Source of the DNA: Pyrinomonadaceae bacterium
Lineage (GTDB): Bacteria > Acidobacteriota > Blastocatellia > Pyrinomonadales > Pyrinomonadaceae
Length of the DNA: 64,000 nucleotides
Assembly (NCBI GenBank): GCA_035639235.1
Contig: DASQYL010000229.1
Coordinates: 7 to 64,006, forward strand
Direction: 5' to 3'
A program made the position numbers and the translations under genes. Below the pieces are notes generated by a model that saw nothing but the letters and a program-made list of their open reading frames with translations, was not told the DNA's origin and did not search any database. Position 1 is the first letter of the stretch. Every line of letters starts with the position of its first letter. Shown here in pieces: positions 1 to 8,793 of this stretch.

Positions 1-4
1 CCTG

Positions 5-421
5 GTGAAGGCCGGCGCCCAAACGCAGAACCAAAGCTACAAGGTTGTGGCCACCGAGTCTTTCGAATTTCCCAACCAATGTACGAACGAGTTGATGAGC
101 GTTTCGGACACGACCTATGTCAGTTGTCACGACCAGTTGCGCGCCGACGGTAAGTTCACCGACAAATGTGAAATTCGCCAGGTGGTCACTGCTGTCGGTG
201 AGTCCAGCGGAACCGTCTGGCAGGGCGAGGCGACGTTCAAAGATGAATTCGTGACCGTCGATCCGTGCAACTTTACCTTCAGTAACGTGGGCACAGTTCA
301 TCTGATCAGCCGCGGCCCAGCCGTGAACACAATGATCACTTTCAATGATTTCGTGCGCATGCAGGATTGCGTGATGACCGACAATCAGCATGTCCAGGAT
401 TTCGATTGCCACGGGCGCTAG
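5..421 (+). CDS. hypothetical Cys-containing protein; ORF is still open at the window edge, so this is probably a C-terminal part
   Basis: ORF track 5..421. No stop between base 2 and 5. No recognisable catalytic motif. Confidence 0.4.
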   Translation: MKAGAQTQNQSYKVVATESFEFPNQCTNELMSVSDTTYVSCHDQLRADGKFTDKCEIRQVVTAVGESSGTVWQGEATFKDEFVTVDPCNFTFSNVGTVHLISRGPAVNTMITFNDFVRMQDCVMTDNQHVQDFDCHGR

Positions 422-448
422 TCAGAACCACCTGCGTAAGCGGATGGG

Positions 449-745
449 TTGAATCGCTATTTTGAGATGAAAAAAAGGACCGCCCGCGTCACGATTGAGA
501 CTGAGCGGTTGCTCGTCATCAGCCACTCCAGCCAATCGATTGAAAGTTGGTGTGAGGCATGCGCAGACAGGGTCAGATTCGTCCCGATCGACGAAGCCGC
601 CGCAGTCGCCGGCGTCAGCCAGCGAACGATCTTTCGTTGGGCCGAAGCGGCGGCAATTCATCTGAGGGAAACGCCAAATGGCAAAGCGATGTTTTGTCTC
701 AACTCGATCACTTTGGAATTGAATTCGCGCAGATTACTGCGCTGA
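449..745 (+). CDS. small DNA-binding protein with excisionase/MerR-like helix-turn-helix
   Basis: The segment AAAVAGVSQRTIFRWAEAAAIH resembles an HTH and is preceded by a CxxC (WCEAC). ATG at 467 is an alternative start. Confidence 0.5.
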   Translation: MNRYFEMKKRTARVTIETERLLVISHSSQSIESWCEACADRVRFVPIDEAAAVAGVSQRTIFRWAEAAAIHLRETPNGKAMFCLNSITLELNSRRLLR

Positions 746-759
746 ACTACGACTCGTAA

Positions 760-804
760 CGCAAACTGTTGGTTTGCGAATCATCCGCAAGCTGACAGCT
801 TGCG
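760..804. repeat. two adjacent short hairpins (cgcaaac-tgttg-gtttgcg and cgcaagc-tgaca-gcttgcg)
   Basis: Perfect 7-bp stems read directly. They are related to the hairpins at 3485..3503 and 13264..13333. Confidence 0.7.
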
Positions 805-827
805 CTACCTAAAGAAAGGAACGTGTA

Positions 828-1586
828 ATGAAAAAGATTTGGTTATTGACGATATTGGTCTTTACGTTGCCGGCGATAACCGCCGCGCAAACGTCCGGCG
901 ATTACGACAGGTGGGACTTCTATGGCGGCTATTCGCTGGGGCGTTTCACTTCCAACGTGCGCACGGCGACATTCAATTCCAGTGGCGGCTCTGAGACCTT
1001 CACCGGACTCTGCACCCAGGCGTTTGCAGATCAAAACGGCGCCAACTTTCAAAAATTCTTCTGTAAGCGGCGAAACTTCAGCGGGTTTGACGCATCGGTA
1101 ACGCGCAACGTCAGCCGGGTCGTGGGCATCACGGGTGACGTCACCGGACATTGGAAGAAAAGTACGTACGTCGATGTCTTTAATCCGCCGGGCGTAACCC
1201 AAACCGAAGCCAACGACGAGAAGTTTTGGAATTTTCTCGCCGGCGTGCAGATCAAAGACAACCGCCGCGAGAAAAAGTTAAAGCCGTTCGGGCATGTCCT
1301 CGCGGGATTTGCGCATTACACGAATCAGCAATCGCAGACGCTCGATCTCTTTCCGCAATTCAACTTCGTCATTCAGGATCATGTGACCAGCTTTGCGATG
1401 AAGTTGGGCGGGGGCCTTGATCTGCGCATCGCAAAACGCATCGATATTCGAGTGGTAGGGGTGGACTACAATCCCGTGTTCGCGAAAGATCGAAACGCCG
1501 ATCGTATCTCCGGCCCATTTACGGCCAGCTTCGGCGGAAGATTGATGAACGGGTTCACCGTCGGCGCCGGCATTGTGATTCACTGA
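828..1586 (+). CDS. outer-membrane beta-barrel protein (OmpA-like barrel / porin family)
   Basis: Signal peptide MKKIWLLTILVFTLPAITAAQ. Alternating beta-strand pattern and an aromatic C-terminal strand (GAGIVIH). Confidence 0.7.
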   Translation: MKKIWLLTILVFTLPAITAAQTSGDYDRWDFYGGYSLGRFTSNVRTATFNSSGGSETFTGLCTQAFADQNGANFQKFFCKRRNFSGFDASVTRNVSRVVGITGDVTGHWKKSTYVDVFNPPGVTQTEANDEKFWNFLAGVQIKDNRREKKLKPFGHVLAGFAHYTNQQSQTLDLFPQFNFVIQDHVTSFAMKLGGGLDLRIAKRIDIRVVGVDYNPVFAKDRNADRISGPFTASFGGRLMNGFTVGAGIVIH

Positions 1587-1595
1587 TGCTTGTTT

Positions 1596-1642
1596 GGAGT
1601 CCCGCCTTCAGGCGGAAGATGGCCGCCTAGAGGCGGGACTCC
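1596..1642. terminator. bidirectional stem-loop between convergent genes
   Basis: ggagtcccgcc (1596..1606) pairs perfectly with ggcgggactcc (1632..1642). It lies between the stops of 828..1586 (+) and 1648..2775 (-). No clear U-tract. Confidence 0.5.
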
Positions 1643-1647
1643 GAACA

Positions 1648-2775
1648 TCACAACCTGATGATGCCTGAGTCTGTGAGTTTCTTAATCATGCGCAGCGTGT
1701 CGGCCTCGCGGAATGGGCAAACCGAAAGGATCGATCCGACGTCGGCCTCGCCATTGATGCGCGACAAGACGAAACCTTCCTGCGGTCCGAGCCTTTCGCT
1801 TTCCAATTGTGCCAGACTGGCGGCGAGCTTCGGCACTGCGCGTGGTGAAACTCCGTTTCGATAAAGATGCGCAATGAATTTCTTTTCGGCGTCTTCGCGT
1901 AAACGGAGAGCCTCGCTGCTTTTTGGCTCGAGCTCGAGCGCGCTGTTGATAATGGCGAGAGCATTATCGACGCTGTCGTCTTTCATCTCGGCGCGCGCCA
2001 GCTTCAATAACTCAGGCACCGTTTGCGGCAGACGCAAAGGCGAAAGATCGGCGGGAGGTTCCGTGGGCGGCGCCTCGCCGGCCACTTTGATGACGCCTTT
2101 TTCGACGAGATCGAACAACAATGCGTACGCGTGAAACAGAGACGTATGCATGTTGTAGCAAATCTCGGCGGCCGTCAGGTTCTTCTCGACGTGATACAGA
2201 ATCTCGCGCGTCTCTTTACTGCTGTCGTGCAACGATTGCGTCCATCCGGGTATTAATTCAAAGAACGCTCGATCCGAGGGAATGACCTTGCGATAGCGCG
2301 TCCACTCATCGATGCGATAGATGCCGTCCATGATTACGTTGGTCGCGTCGACGTTGATGCGAATCAAATCAGGCGGCAACGGCTGGCTGTCGAAGAATTC
2401 AAACTCCGCTTCGTCCCAAATGAACAGATCGTAGATTATTTCCAACGTGCGGGTGCGCAGCACGTACATGATGTCGGCCTGGCTCACAAAACCGCGCGCC
2501 GAAAGCACCGCGCCGAGGCGGTCGCCCGATTCGCGGTGTGTCTCCATCGCGTCGCGCAATTGCTCTTCGGTGATCTTGCCGTAATGCAGTAATACCTGAC
2601 CGATGGCCTCTTTCGGGTCATTCGAAGTAGACCCGACAATCGTGCCCTGCTCCAGAAAGATTTGTTTGACGATGCCGGCGCGCGCGAATTTGAGCGTACC
2701 GGTCTTGCGGCCTGCTGCCAGGAACTGCAGCAGGTCAGAGACGGCCATGGATTTCAGAGTTCCGTGAATGCTCAT
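1648..2775 (-). CDS. DUF4388 (PatA-like N-terminal domain) protein
   Basis: The N-terminus GTLKSMAVSDLLQFLAAGRKTGTLKF...GTIVGSTSND is typical of DUF4388. Confidence 0.7.
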   Translation of the reverse strand: MSIHGTLKSMAVSDLLQFLAAGRKTGTLKFARAGIVKQIFLEQGTIVGSTSNDPKEAIGQVLLHYGKITEEQLRDAMETHRESGDRLGAVLSARGFVSQADIMYVLRTRTLEIIYDLFIWDEAEFEFFDSQPLPPDLIRINVDATNVIMDGIYRIDEWTRYRKVIPSDRAFFELIPGWTQSLHDSSKETREILYHVEKNLTAAEICYNMHTSLFHAYALLFDLVEKGVIKVAGEAPPTEPPADLSPLRLPQTVPELLKLARAEMKDDSVDNALAIINSALELEPKSSEALRLREDAEKKFIAHLYRNGVSPRAVPKLAASLAQLESERLGPQEGFVLSRINGEADVGSILSVCPFREADTLRMIKKLTDSGIIRL

Positions 2776-2920
2776 CGGGCGGAAACTGTGATCAGTTCAC
2801 TCTGTGCGGAAGGTGACTGAAGCGAGTCCAGGACAACTGAACCGTGAACTTTGATCCTGAAACAGATTACCTGTTCGGACGCAAAACATTCAAGATCCGG
2901 CAGTGCGGCACTTTACGAGT

Positions 2921-3010
2921 TATTTGCGTCTTCGCGTCTTCGCGTGAGATCGAGGCATCGAAAAGCATTTGAGGTGGAAGCCGCAAAGACACAAAGAATC
3001 GCAAGGCGAA
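2921..3010 (+). repeat. ~90-nt dispersed repeat, copy 1 (second copy at 16343..16434)
   Basis: tatttgcgtcttcgcg...gtggaagccgcaaag.cacaaa.aatcgcaaggc aligns with copy 2 at about 85% identity by eye, in the same orientation. Confidence 0.8.
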
Positions 3011-3033
3011 TCAGGGCACTGTTGGTGACATTC

Positions 3034-4299
3034 TTAGAGAGGCTTCAACGCGCTGCGCGCCAATTTCTTTTTCAGATCGACGTAGCCTTGATCGCCGGCG
3101 ACGAGTTGGCCCAGGACTTTGCGAATGCCGCGATGACCTTTCGCAAAATCGATCATGCGATCGGTGAACGGTGCGCCCCAGAAGTTCCCATAGAATCGGC
3201 GCCGCATCTCGGACGCTCGTTTTAGTTCTGCGCCGAAGTCCGCGCGCCAGAGTGCCTCGTAGCTTTCGGGCTCGCCTTTCAAGTATGCCTCGGCAAATAA
3301 TTCGGCTGAACGCAGCGCGTAATAAATTCCTTCGCCGGTAACGGGATCGGCAAACCCGGCAGCGTCGCCCAACAGAGCCCAAGTGTTGCCGCACGCACGT
3401 CGCGTTTCCCAGGTGCGCGGCGCGAGCCCGGGAATGCGCGCCGCATATCTTTCCGCTGATTGCTCTAATCGGTGACGCAAACTATTAGTTTGCGAGTCGT
3501 CGTTTTGTCTTTTCCACAGCCGCATCTTGATCCGGTCGCTACCGCTCCCGGTTCTGACACGATCGTAATAACTCACCATAAAATCCCAGAGCAACGCATC
3601 AAGCTTCTCATGATCGAAAGCATCCTGCGTGGTGGCAATGCCAAACGAGACATGATCGATCCGCGGAAATGCCCAGGCGTAACCAATCCAGTTCGGCAAG
3701 AAGGCAACTACGGTCGCGGCGTCGTTTGACTCAGGCAGCGGCGCGCGATAACCAAACGCAACTTCCATCTCCGCCGGCGGCAATGGACCAGTGAGCTGCT
3801 TCGCAATCGCGCTGTTCGCACCATCCGCGCCGACCAGGTAATTGCCAGTGAATTGTTCGCCACTCTGCGCGCGCACGATCCAGGGCGTGTCAGCACCCGG
3901 AGTTGCAACAAGATCAAGTGATTCGTTTTGTATGCGCATGAATCCGCGTCCCGAAACTTTTTCTGCGATCACCTTCGCACCTGCCGCCCTCGCCCGCTCG
4001 CGTAAGAAAGTATCGAAAGCTATGCGCGAATAAACTGCGAAGGGCTCGTCCAATTTCAAGTGCAGATGCTTTCCCGAAGGCGAATACATATCGAGCTCAT
4101 CGATCGTACGCCCGACGGCTTCGAGCAAATGCGGCCACGCCTTCAAAGCTTTCGAGGTCACGCCGCCGCCACAGGCTTTCGGCTCGCCGGCGGGCCGCCC
4201 ATCAAACAGCGCGACACCGACACCCGCGCGCGCCAGACGCTCGGCCGCGAACGATCCGGCTGGGCCAGCGCCGACGATGATCACCTCGAAGTGTTTCAC
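3034..4299 (-). CDS. geranylgeranyl reductase-family FAD-dependent oxidoreductase
   Basis: N-terminal dinucleotide fold VIIVGAGPAGSFAAERLARAG, the later GADGANS motif, and a matching length. Confidence 0.8.
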   Translation of the reverse strand: MKHFEVIIVGAGPAGSFAAERLARAGVGVALFDGRPAGEPKACGGGVTSKALKAWPHLLEAVGRTIDELDMYSPSGKHLHLKLDEPFAVYSRIAFDTFLRERARAAGAKVIAEKVSGRGFMRIQNESLDLVATPGADTPWIVRAQSGEQFTGNYLVGADGANSAIAKQLTGPLPPAEMEVAFGYRAPLPESNDAATVVAFLPNWIGYAWAFPRIDHVSFGIATTQDAFDHEKLDALLWDFMVSYYDRVRTGSGSDRIKMRLWKRQNDDSQTNSLRHRLEQSAERYAARIPGLAPRTWETRRACGNTWALLGDAAGFADPVTGEGIYYALRSAELFAEAYLKGEPESYEALWRADFGAELKRASEMRRRFYGNFWGAPFTDRMIDFAKGHRGIRKVLGQLVAGDQGYVDLKKKLARSALKPL

Positions 4300-4417
4300 G
4301 CGCTGCTAATCATAAACTGCGTCACGAGTCAGCACCACTCGCGGCAGTGAATGGTTGATTTCTTATCTCCGCCTATCTGAGTTAATCTGGTAACACTTCT
4401 TCCCTCGGTGGTGAGTC

Positions 4418-5830
4418 ATGGACCACTCGAGCTCTTTAGTATTTGCCGGCATTGCGCCGCATCCGCCAATCATGGTGCCAGAGGTTGGCCGTGATGCGAT
4501 TGCCGAGGTGCGTTCATCGATCGATGCCATGGCCGAACTCACGCGGCGCCTGATTGCCGCCAAAGCCGAAACCGTCGTCATCATTTCACCGCACGCGCCG
4601 CTGGAACGGGATGCGTTCATCGCTTACGACGGGCCGCAACTTCACGGGGACTTTGCGAATTTTCGGGCGCCCACCGCAACCGTCAACTTCGACCTTGATG
4701 ATGAATTGCTTAACGAGATCACGCGCGCTGCAGCGAACGAGCAACTCATGGTGATGCGAATCAGGGGATACGATCTCGATCATGGTACCGCGGTGCCGCT
4801 CTACTTTCTGCAACGCCACGGTTGGCATGGCAAAGTGATCGCGCTCGGCTACAATTTTTTATCTAACGAAGACCACGTGCGGTTTGGCAAATGCATTCGC
4901 GAGGCGATCGAGCGGAGCAGGCGCCGCGCAGCGTTCATTGCCAGCGGTGATCTGAGCCACCGCCTCAAAGCCGACGCGCCGGCTGGATATTATCCCGAGG
5001 CTTATCGTTTCGACCGAGAGGTTGTTGATGCGATTGACAGTTGCGCCACCGAGCGCATCGTCAACATCGATCAGAATCTGCGTCGCGCCGCCGGCGAATG
5101 CGGTTATCGCTCAATGCTCGTTGCTATCGGCGCAGTACCCGAGGACAAACCGAGCTGTGAAGTGATTAGTTACGAAGCTCCGTTTGGCGTCGGTTATCTG
5201 GTAGCGCAACTGGTGAATGTTGCACCGGCGTCGGAATCGAGAGCGGTAGCGACCGGATCAAGTGACTCGTTGGCGGCACGAGATGAATCGGAGAGTACAG
5301 ACCGCGACCCCCTTGGGCAGTTGATTACTGGTCTCGCGCGAAAAACGATTGAGACGTTTGTTGACTCGGGCAGGATCATCGACGCGCCAGGCAATCTAGT
5401 TGACTTCTTCAATGCGCGGGCTGGCTGTTTTGTTTCGATCAAGACTCGTGATGGCGACTTGCGCGGTTGCGTTGGCACGGTTGAGCCTGTTAAGACCAGG
5501 CTCGCGGAAGAAATCATTTACAACGCAATCAGCGCCGCGACCCGCGATCCTCGCTTTGCGCCCGTACAGCCAGATGAACTTCCGAATTTGAAATATTCAG
5601 TCGACGTGCTGAGTGAGCCGGAGCCGTGCAGGTTCTCAGATCTCGATCCTGAAAATTACGGGGTAATAGTTGAGCATCAAAGCGGGTTTCCCCGTGGGCT
5701 GCTGCTGCCAAATCTGCGTGGCGTCGACTCCGCCCGAGAACAGGTTGAAATCGCCGCAAGCAAAGCCGGACTCGATCCGCTTTCTAACCTTAAATTTTTT
5801 CGCTTCCGCGCCGATCGCTATTCGGAGTAA
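4418..5830 (+). CDS. fusion protein: class III extradiol dioxygenase (LigB)/Memo-like N-domain plus AMMECR1 C-domain
   Basis: N-half has GIAPHPPIMVPE, DHGTAVPL and GDLSHRL. C-half has LRGCVGTVEP and the PRFAPV AMMECR1 signature. Confidence 0.75.
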   Translation: MDHSSSLVFAGIAPHPPIMVPEVGRDAIAEVRSSIDAMAELTRRLIAAKAETVVIISPHAPLERDAFIAYDGPQLHGDFANFRAPTATVNFDLDDELLNEITRAAANEQLMVMRIRGYDLDHGTAVPLYFLQRHGWHGKVIALGYNFLSNEDHVRFGKCIREAIERSRRRAAFIASGDLSHRLKADAPAGYYPEAYRFDREVVDAIDSCATERIVNIDQNLRRAAGECGYRSMLVAIGAVPEDKPSCEVISYEAPFGVGYLVAQLVNVAPASESRAVATGSSDSLAARDESESTDRDPLGQLITGLARKTIETFVDSGRIIDAPGNLVDFFNARAGCFVSIKTRDGDLRGCVGTVEPVKTRLAEEIIYNAISAATRDPRFAPVQPDELPNLKYSVDVLSEPEPCRFSDLDPENYGVIVEHQSGFPRGLLLPNLRGVDSAREQVEIAASKAGLDPLSNLKFFRFRADRYSE

Positions 5831-5875
5831 GAATCGCAATGGCTCGCTGACAAGAGAGAGCCAACTTCAAGGTCG

Positions 5876-6180
5876 TCAGGCAACTGCCTTGAACGGACGA
5901 ACTTCTTCAGCGACAGCTTTGCCAATCTCATTTTCGGTTACGTCCATATCGTAACGGGTCTGAAGGTTCAGCCAATATCTTGGGCTCTGCGGAAAATATC
6001 GTCCCAGTCTGAGTGCCAGTTCGGCGGTCACCGCTGTCCTCTGGTGACATGGTGAATGCGCATCTTCGTAACACCAATATCACGCGCCAGGCGATATTGC
6101 GAGATCTCCAGCTCGTCCAATAGCTCTTTCAAATATTGCCCGGGATGTACCGGGTGAATTTTTGCGCCAATGCCTTTCAA
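5876..6180 (-). pseudogene. higA: HigA-family antitoxin (XRE-type HTH) disrupted by a frameshift near 6028..6034
   Basis: TTG start with AGGAG 5 nt upstream. Frame A reads IHPVHPGQYLKELLDELEISQYRLARDIGVTKMRIHHVTRGQR then TGA. A different frame continues VTAELALRLGRYFPQSPRYWLNLQTRYDM, the canonical HigA C-half. Confidence 0.75.
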
Positions 6181-6188
6181 TCGGTCTC

Positions 6189-6959
6189 CTATTTCACTCC
6201 TTCCCAATTACAACTCACCATCTTAGTAGCCTTGCAAGCATCTTCGCATCGGGCTTTGGTCAGCGTTCTTCCCAACGACACTTGTTTCTGCTGGTCATTG
6301 ACTCCCGAGCACGCGCGCGGCGGATGGGCGGAAGATTCGCGACAGATGATGCCTTGATCGACGTTCACCGTCGTCTTGCTCAAACGCCAACGCTGGTTGG
6401 GTGTGTCCTTGCATGTTTCCAAAAAAACCGCGGCGAAATTCCCGGTGCCTTTGCGGTAGATATCGAGGCAGCGATTCGATCCGACATCACGAATCTCGAG
6501 GTTCACACCGAACTGATTCAGCGACCATTTCTGACTGGCTTTGCCGGCGGCGCATTCGGTCTGCACCACCGCCGTGCGATCTACAATTTTGTCCGTCGCC
6601 ACTTCCAAACAAAGATCGCTGTGAACCGGCGAGATGGTGTAGTTACCCGAGCCGTCGCTGACGACATTAAATTTTTGATTGTTGCTGACTTCGCTCTTGT
6701 CACAGTCGAAGATCTGCAGAGGCGTCACGGCCGCGCACGAGTTGCTCGGAATTTCCAGGCAACGATGACTGGCTTCGCCCACGATTGTGTACATGCCATC
6801 GGCGACGTTGCCCGGAGCAACGAAGTTCTCATCCACGGCGCGAGTTGCATCAACACCCCGAGCGAAAGATGCGGTCGCATGAGAGTCGTGGGCCACATTA
6901 GTGATTAGAATCGCACTGAGCAATGACCCTGAAAACAAAATCATCGATGATAATTTCAT
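6189..6959 (-). CDS. secreted ricin-B-type (QxW) lectin-domain protein with Cys-rich C-terminal tail
   Basis: Signal peptide. Three QxW-like repeats (NQKF, SQKW, NQRW) with the conserved Cys pattern. The antisense ORF 6162..6908 has no such features. Confidence 0.7.
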   Translation of the reverse strand: MKLSSMILFSGSLLSAILITNVAHDSHATASFARGVDATRAVDENFVAPGNVADGMYTIVGEASHRCLEIPSNSCAAVTPLQIFDCDKSEVSNNQKFNVVSDGSGNYTISPVHSDLCLEVATDKIVDRTAVVQTECAAGKASQKWSLNQFGVNLEIRDVGSNRCLDIYRKGTGNFAAVFLETCKDTPNQRWRLSKTTVNVDQGIICRESSAHPPRACSGVNDQQKQVSLGRTLTKARCEDACKATKMVSCNWEGVK

Positions 6960-6989
6960 GCTCTCTCTGACGGTTGTTGCTTTGCTCTA

Positions 6990-7514
6990 TTACGCCGACC
7001 TTGACCGTCGACGTTTTTCCTCGCCGAAATCGGCGAGTCGCCGGAGGCGATTGGGATGTTCCTTGGGCTCGCGTGTCACGGCGAGCACCGGTTCGAGTTT
7101 CGCGCCTTTGGCAATCAAGCCGGTGCCTTCGGCCGTTGGCTTGACTCGGGCCAGCAAGACGCGGGCGACTCGTTTGGGCATCAGCATCGGAGCAATCGTC
7201 ACAACTGATTCAGCGAGTTGTACGATGTCTCCGCCGCCACGCCAGTGTTCGCGCACGATGGCGTCGTCCGTGTGATCGATTAATCGCAACAGAGTGAGCG
7301 AAATCAAAAACAAATCGTCGATCTGGCCGACGAATGGAATCATGTCGGGTATGAAGTCGAAAGGAATGATCGCGTAGATCACCGCTGCGGCAAACAACGC
7401 GCGCTCAGTGCGCGGCACACGCTTATCGACCATCAGCTTGGCGCATAGAATCACCATGTTCGGAAGGAACATTAGTAGGTTCTTCATGCGGCTCTTCAAC
7501 TCACTCTTGCGCAT
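6990..7514 (-). CDS. YkvA/DUF1232 family membrane protein
   Basis: DFIPDMIPFVGQIDDLFLISL is the DUF1232 signature. Confidence 0.75.
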   Translation of the reverse strand: MRKSELKSRMKNLLMFLPNMVILCAKLMVDKRVPRTERALFAAAVIYAIIPFDFIPDMIPFVGQIDDLFLISLTLLRLIDHTDDAIVREHWRGGGDIVQLAESVVTIAPMLMPKRVARVLLARVKPTAEGTGLIAKGAKLEPVLAVTREPKEHPNRLRRLADFGEEKRRRSRSA

Positions 7515-7534
7515 AACTGTCTATGGTCGTTCAG

Positions 7535-7693
7535 CGGTGGTCAGTTGTCAGTTGTCCTTGTAATACTGCGTTCACAGTCTAAACGAGCGCAAATTCAGTA
7601 GCAAGCTTCTCGCATCTTCCAGTCTCATGATAAATTGCAGCCTGGCTTAACGATTAACGACTGACCACCGGCCACTGACCACTGACCACTGCC
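7535..7693. repeat. inverted oligo-repeat pair (ggtggtcagttgtcagttgtcc ... gactgaccaccggccactgaccactgaccactgcc) flanking ~100 nt
   Basis: Arms at 7535..7556 and 7659..7693 are near reverse complements built from tgacca/tggtca oligomers. The element ends at the pta start codon. Confidence 0.7.
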
Positions 7694-8704
7694 GTGTCCA
7701 TTCTCGATCAAATTCGCCAGCGCGCTGCCGCAAACCCTCAGCATATCGTGCTGCCCGAGGGCGAAGACCCGCGCACCGTGGTTGCGGCGAGCATGGCGGC
7801 GCGCCAAAGGCTGGCGCGCATTACGATCCTCGGCGATGAACAAAAGGTTCGCGAGGCGGCGCGACAATCGGGCGCGGATCTCGGCGGCGTCGAGTTGATC
7901 GATCACACGCGCGCGAATGATTTTGAAAAGCTGGTCTCCGTGCTTTACGACGCGCGCCGCGCGAAGGGCATGACCCTCGATGAAGCACGGACCGCGCTGC
8001 GCGATCCGCTATACTATGGCAACCTGATGGTGCGCGCCGGCCGCGCCGACGGCTCAGTCGCGGGCGCGACGAACACGACTTCGCACACTGTCAGAGTCGC
8101 GCTGCACTGCATCGGCGTCCGGCCGGGCTTCAAGATCGTTTCAAGCTTTTTCTTGATGGCCCTGCGCGATCCGAACTTTGGGCAGAACGGCGCGATGATC
8201 TATGCGGACTGTGGCGTCGTGATCGAACCCAGCGCGGCTGAACTCGCAGAGATTGCCATCGCTTCGGCTGGTTCGTGTCGCGCATTGCTCGCCGCCGAAC
8301 CGCGCGTGGCGATGCTTTCGTTTTCCACGAAGGGCAGTGCCAAGCATCGCTTGATCGACAAAGTTGTCGAAGCCACGAAGACGGTTCGCGTGCGCGCACC
8401 TGATTTGGAAATCGATGGCGAGTTGCAAGCCGACGCGGCGCTGGTGCCGGCGATTGCGCAATCGAAGACGCCGGGTTCGCCGATTGGAGGCCGCGCAAAC
8501 GTTCTCATCTTCCCCGATTTGCAGTCAGGCAACATAGCCTACAAATTGACTGAACGTCTCGCCGGCGCGACGGCGATCGGGCCGATTCTCCAGGGACTCG
8601 ATCGCCCCGCTAACGATCTTTCCCGCGGCTGTAAGGCTGAAGATATAGTCGACGCGATCGCGATTACGGCGGTGCAGGCGCAAGCGCGCAAAGGCGCATC
8701 GTAG
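7694..8704 (+). CDS. pta: phosphate acetyltransferase (short form)
   Basis: [12 protein letters not shown], the SHTVR region and [13 protein letters not shown] are hallmark Pta motifs. 336 aa. Confidence 0.93.
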   Translation: MSILDQIRQRAAANPQHIVLPEGEDPRTVVAASMAARQRLARITILGDEQKVREAARQSGADLGGVELIDHTRANDFEKLVSVLYDARRAKGMTLDEARTALRDPLYYGNLMVRAGRADGSVAGATNTTSHTVRVALHCIGVRPGFKIVSSFFLMALRDPNFGQNGAMIYADCGVVIEPSAAELAEIAIASAGSCRALLAAEPRVAMLSFSTKGSAKHRLIDKVVEATKTVRVRAPDLEIDGELQADAALVPAIAQSKTPGSPIGGRANVLIFPDLQSGNIAYKLTERLAGATAIGPILQGLDRPANDLSRGCKAEDIVDAIAITAVQAQARKGAS

Positions 8705-8793
8705 TTTTATTCATCTGGCTTGGGGCAACGGAAACGTACCTGGGCCGGCATCAAACCTCGCGATCAATCATTTGTCCGACACGGAGTAAACGG

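Noticed and set aside
6162-6908. A 248-aa plus-strand ORF opposite the ricin-lectin gene.
   Set aside because: It has no signal or motifs. The minus-strand frame has a signal peptide and three QxW repeats.
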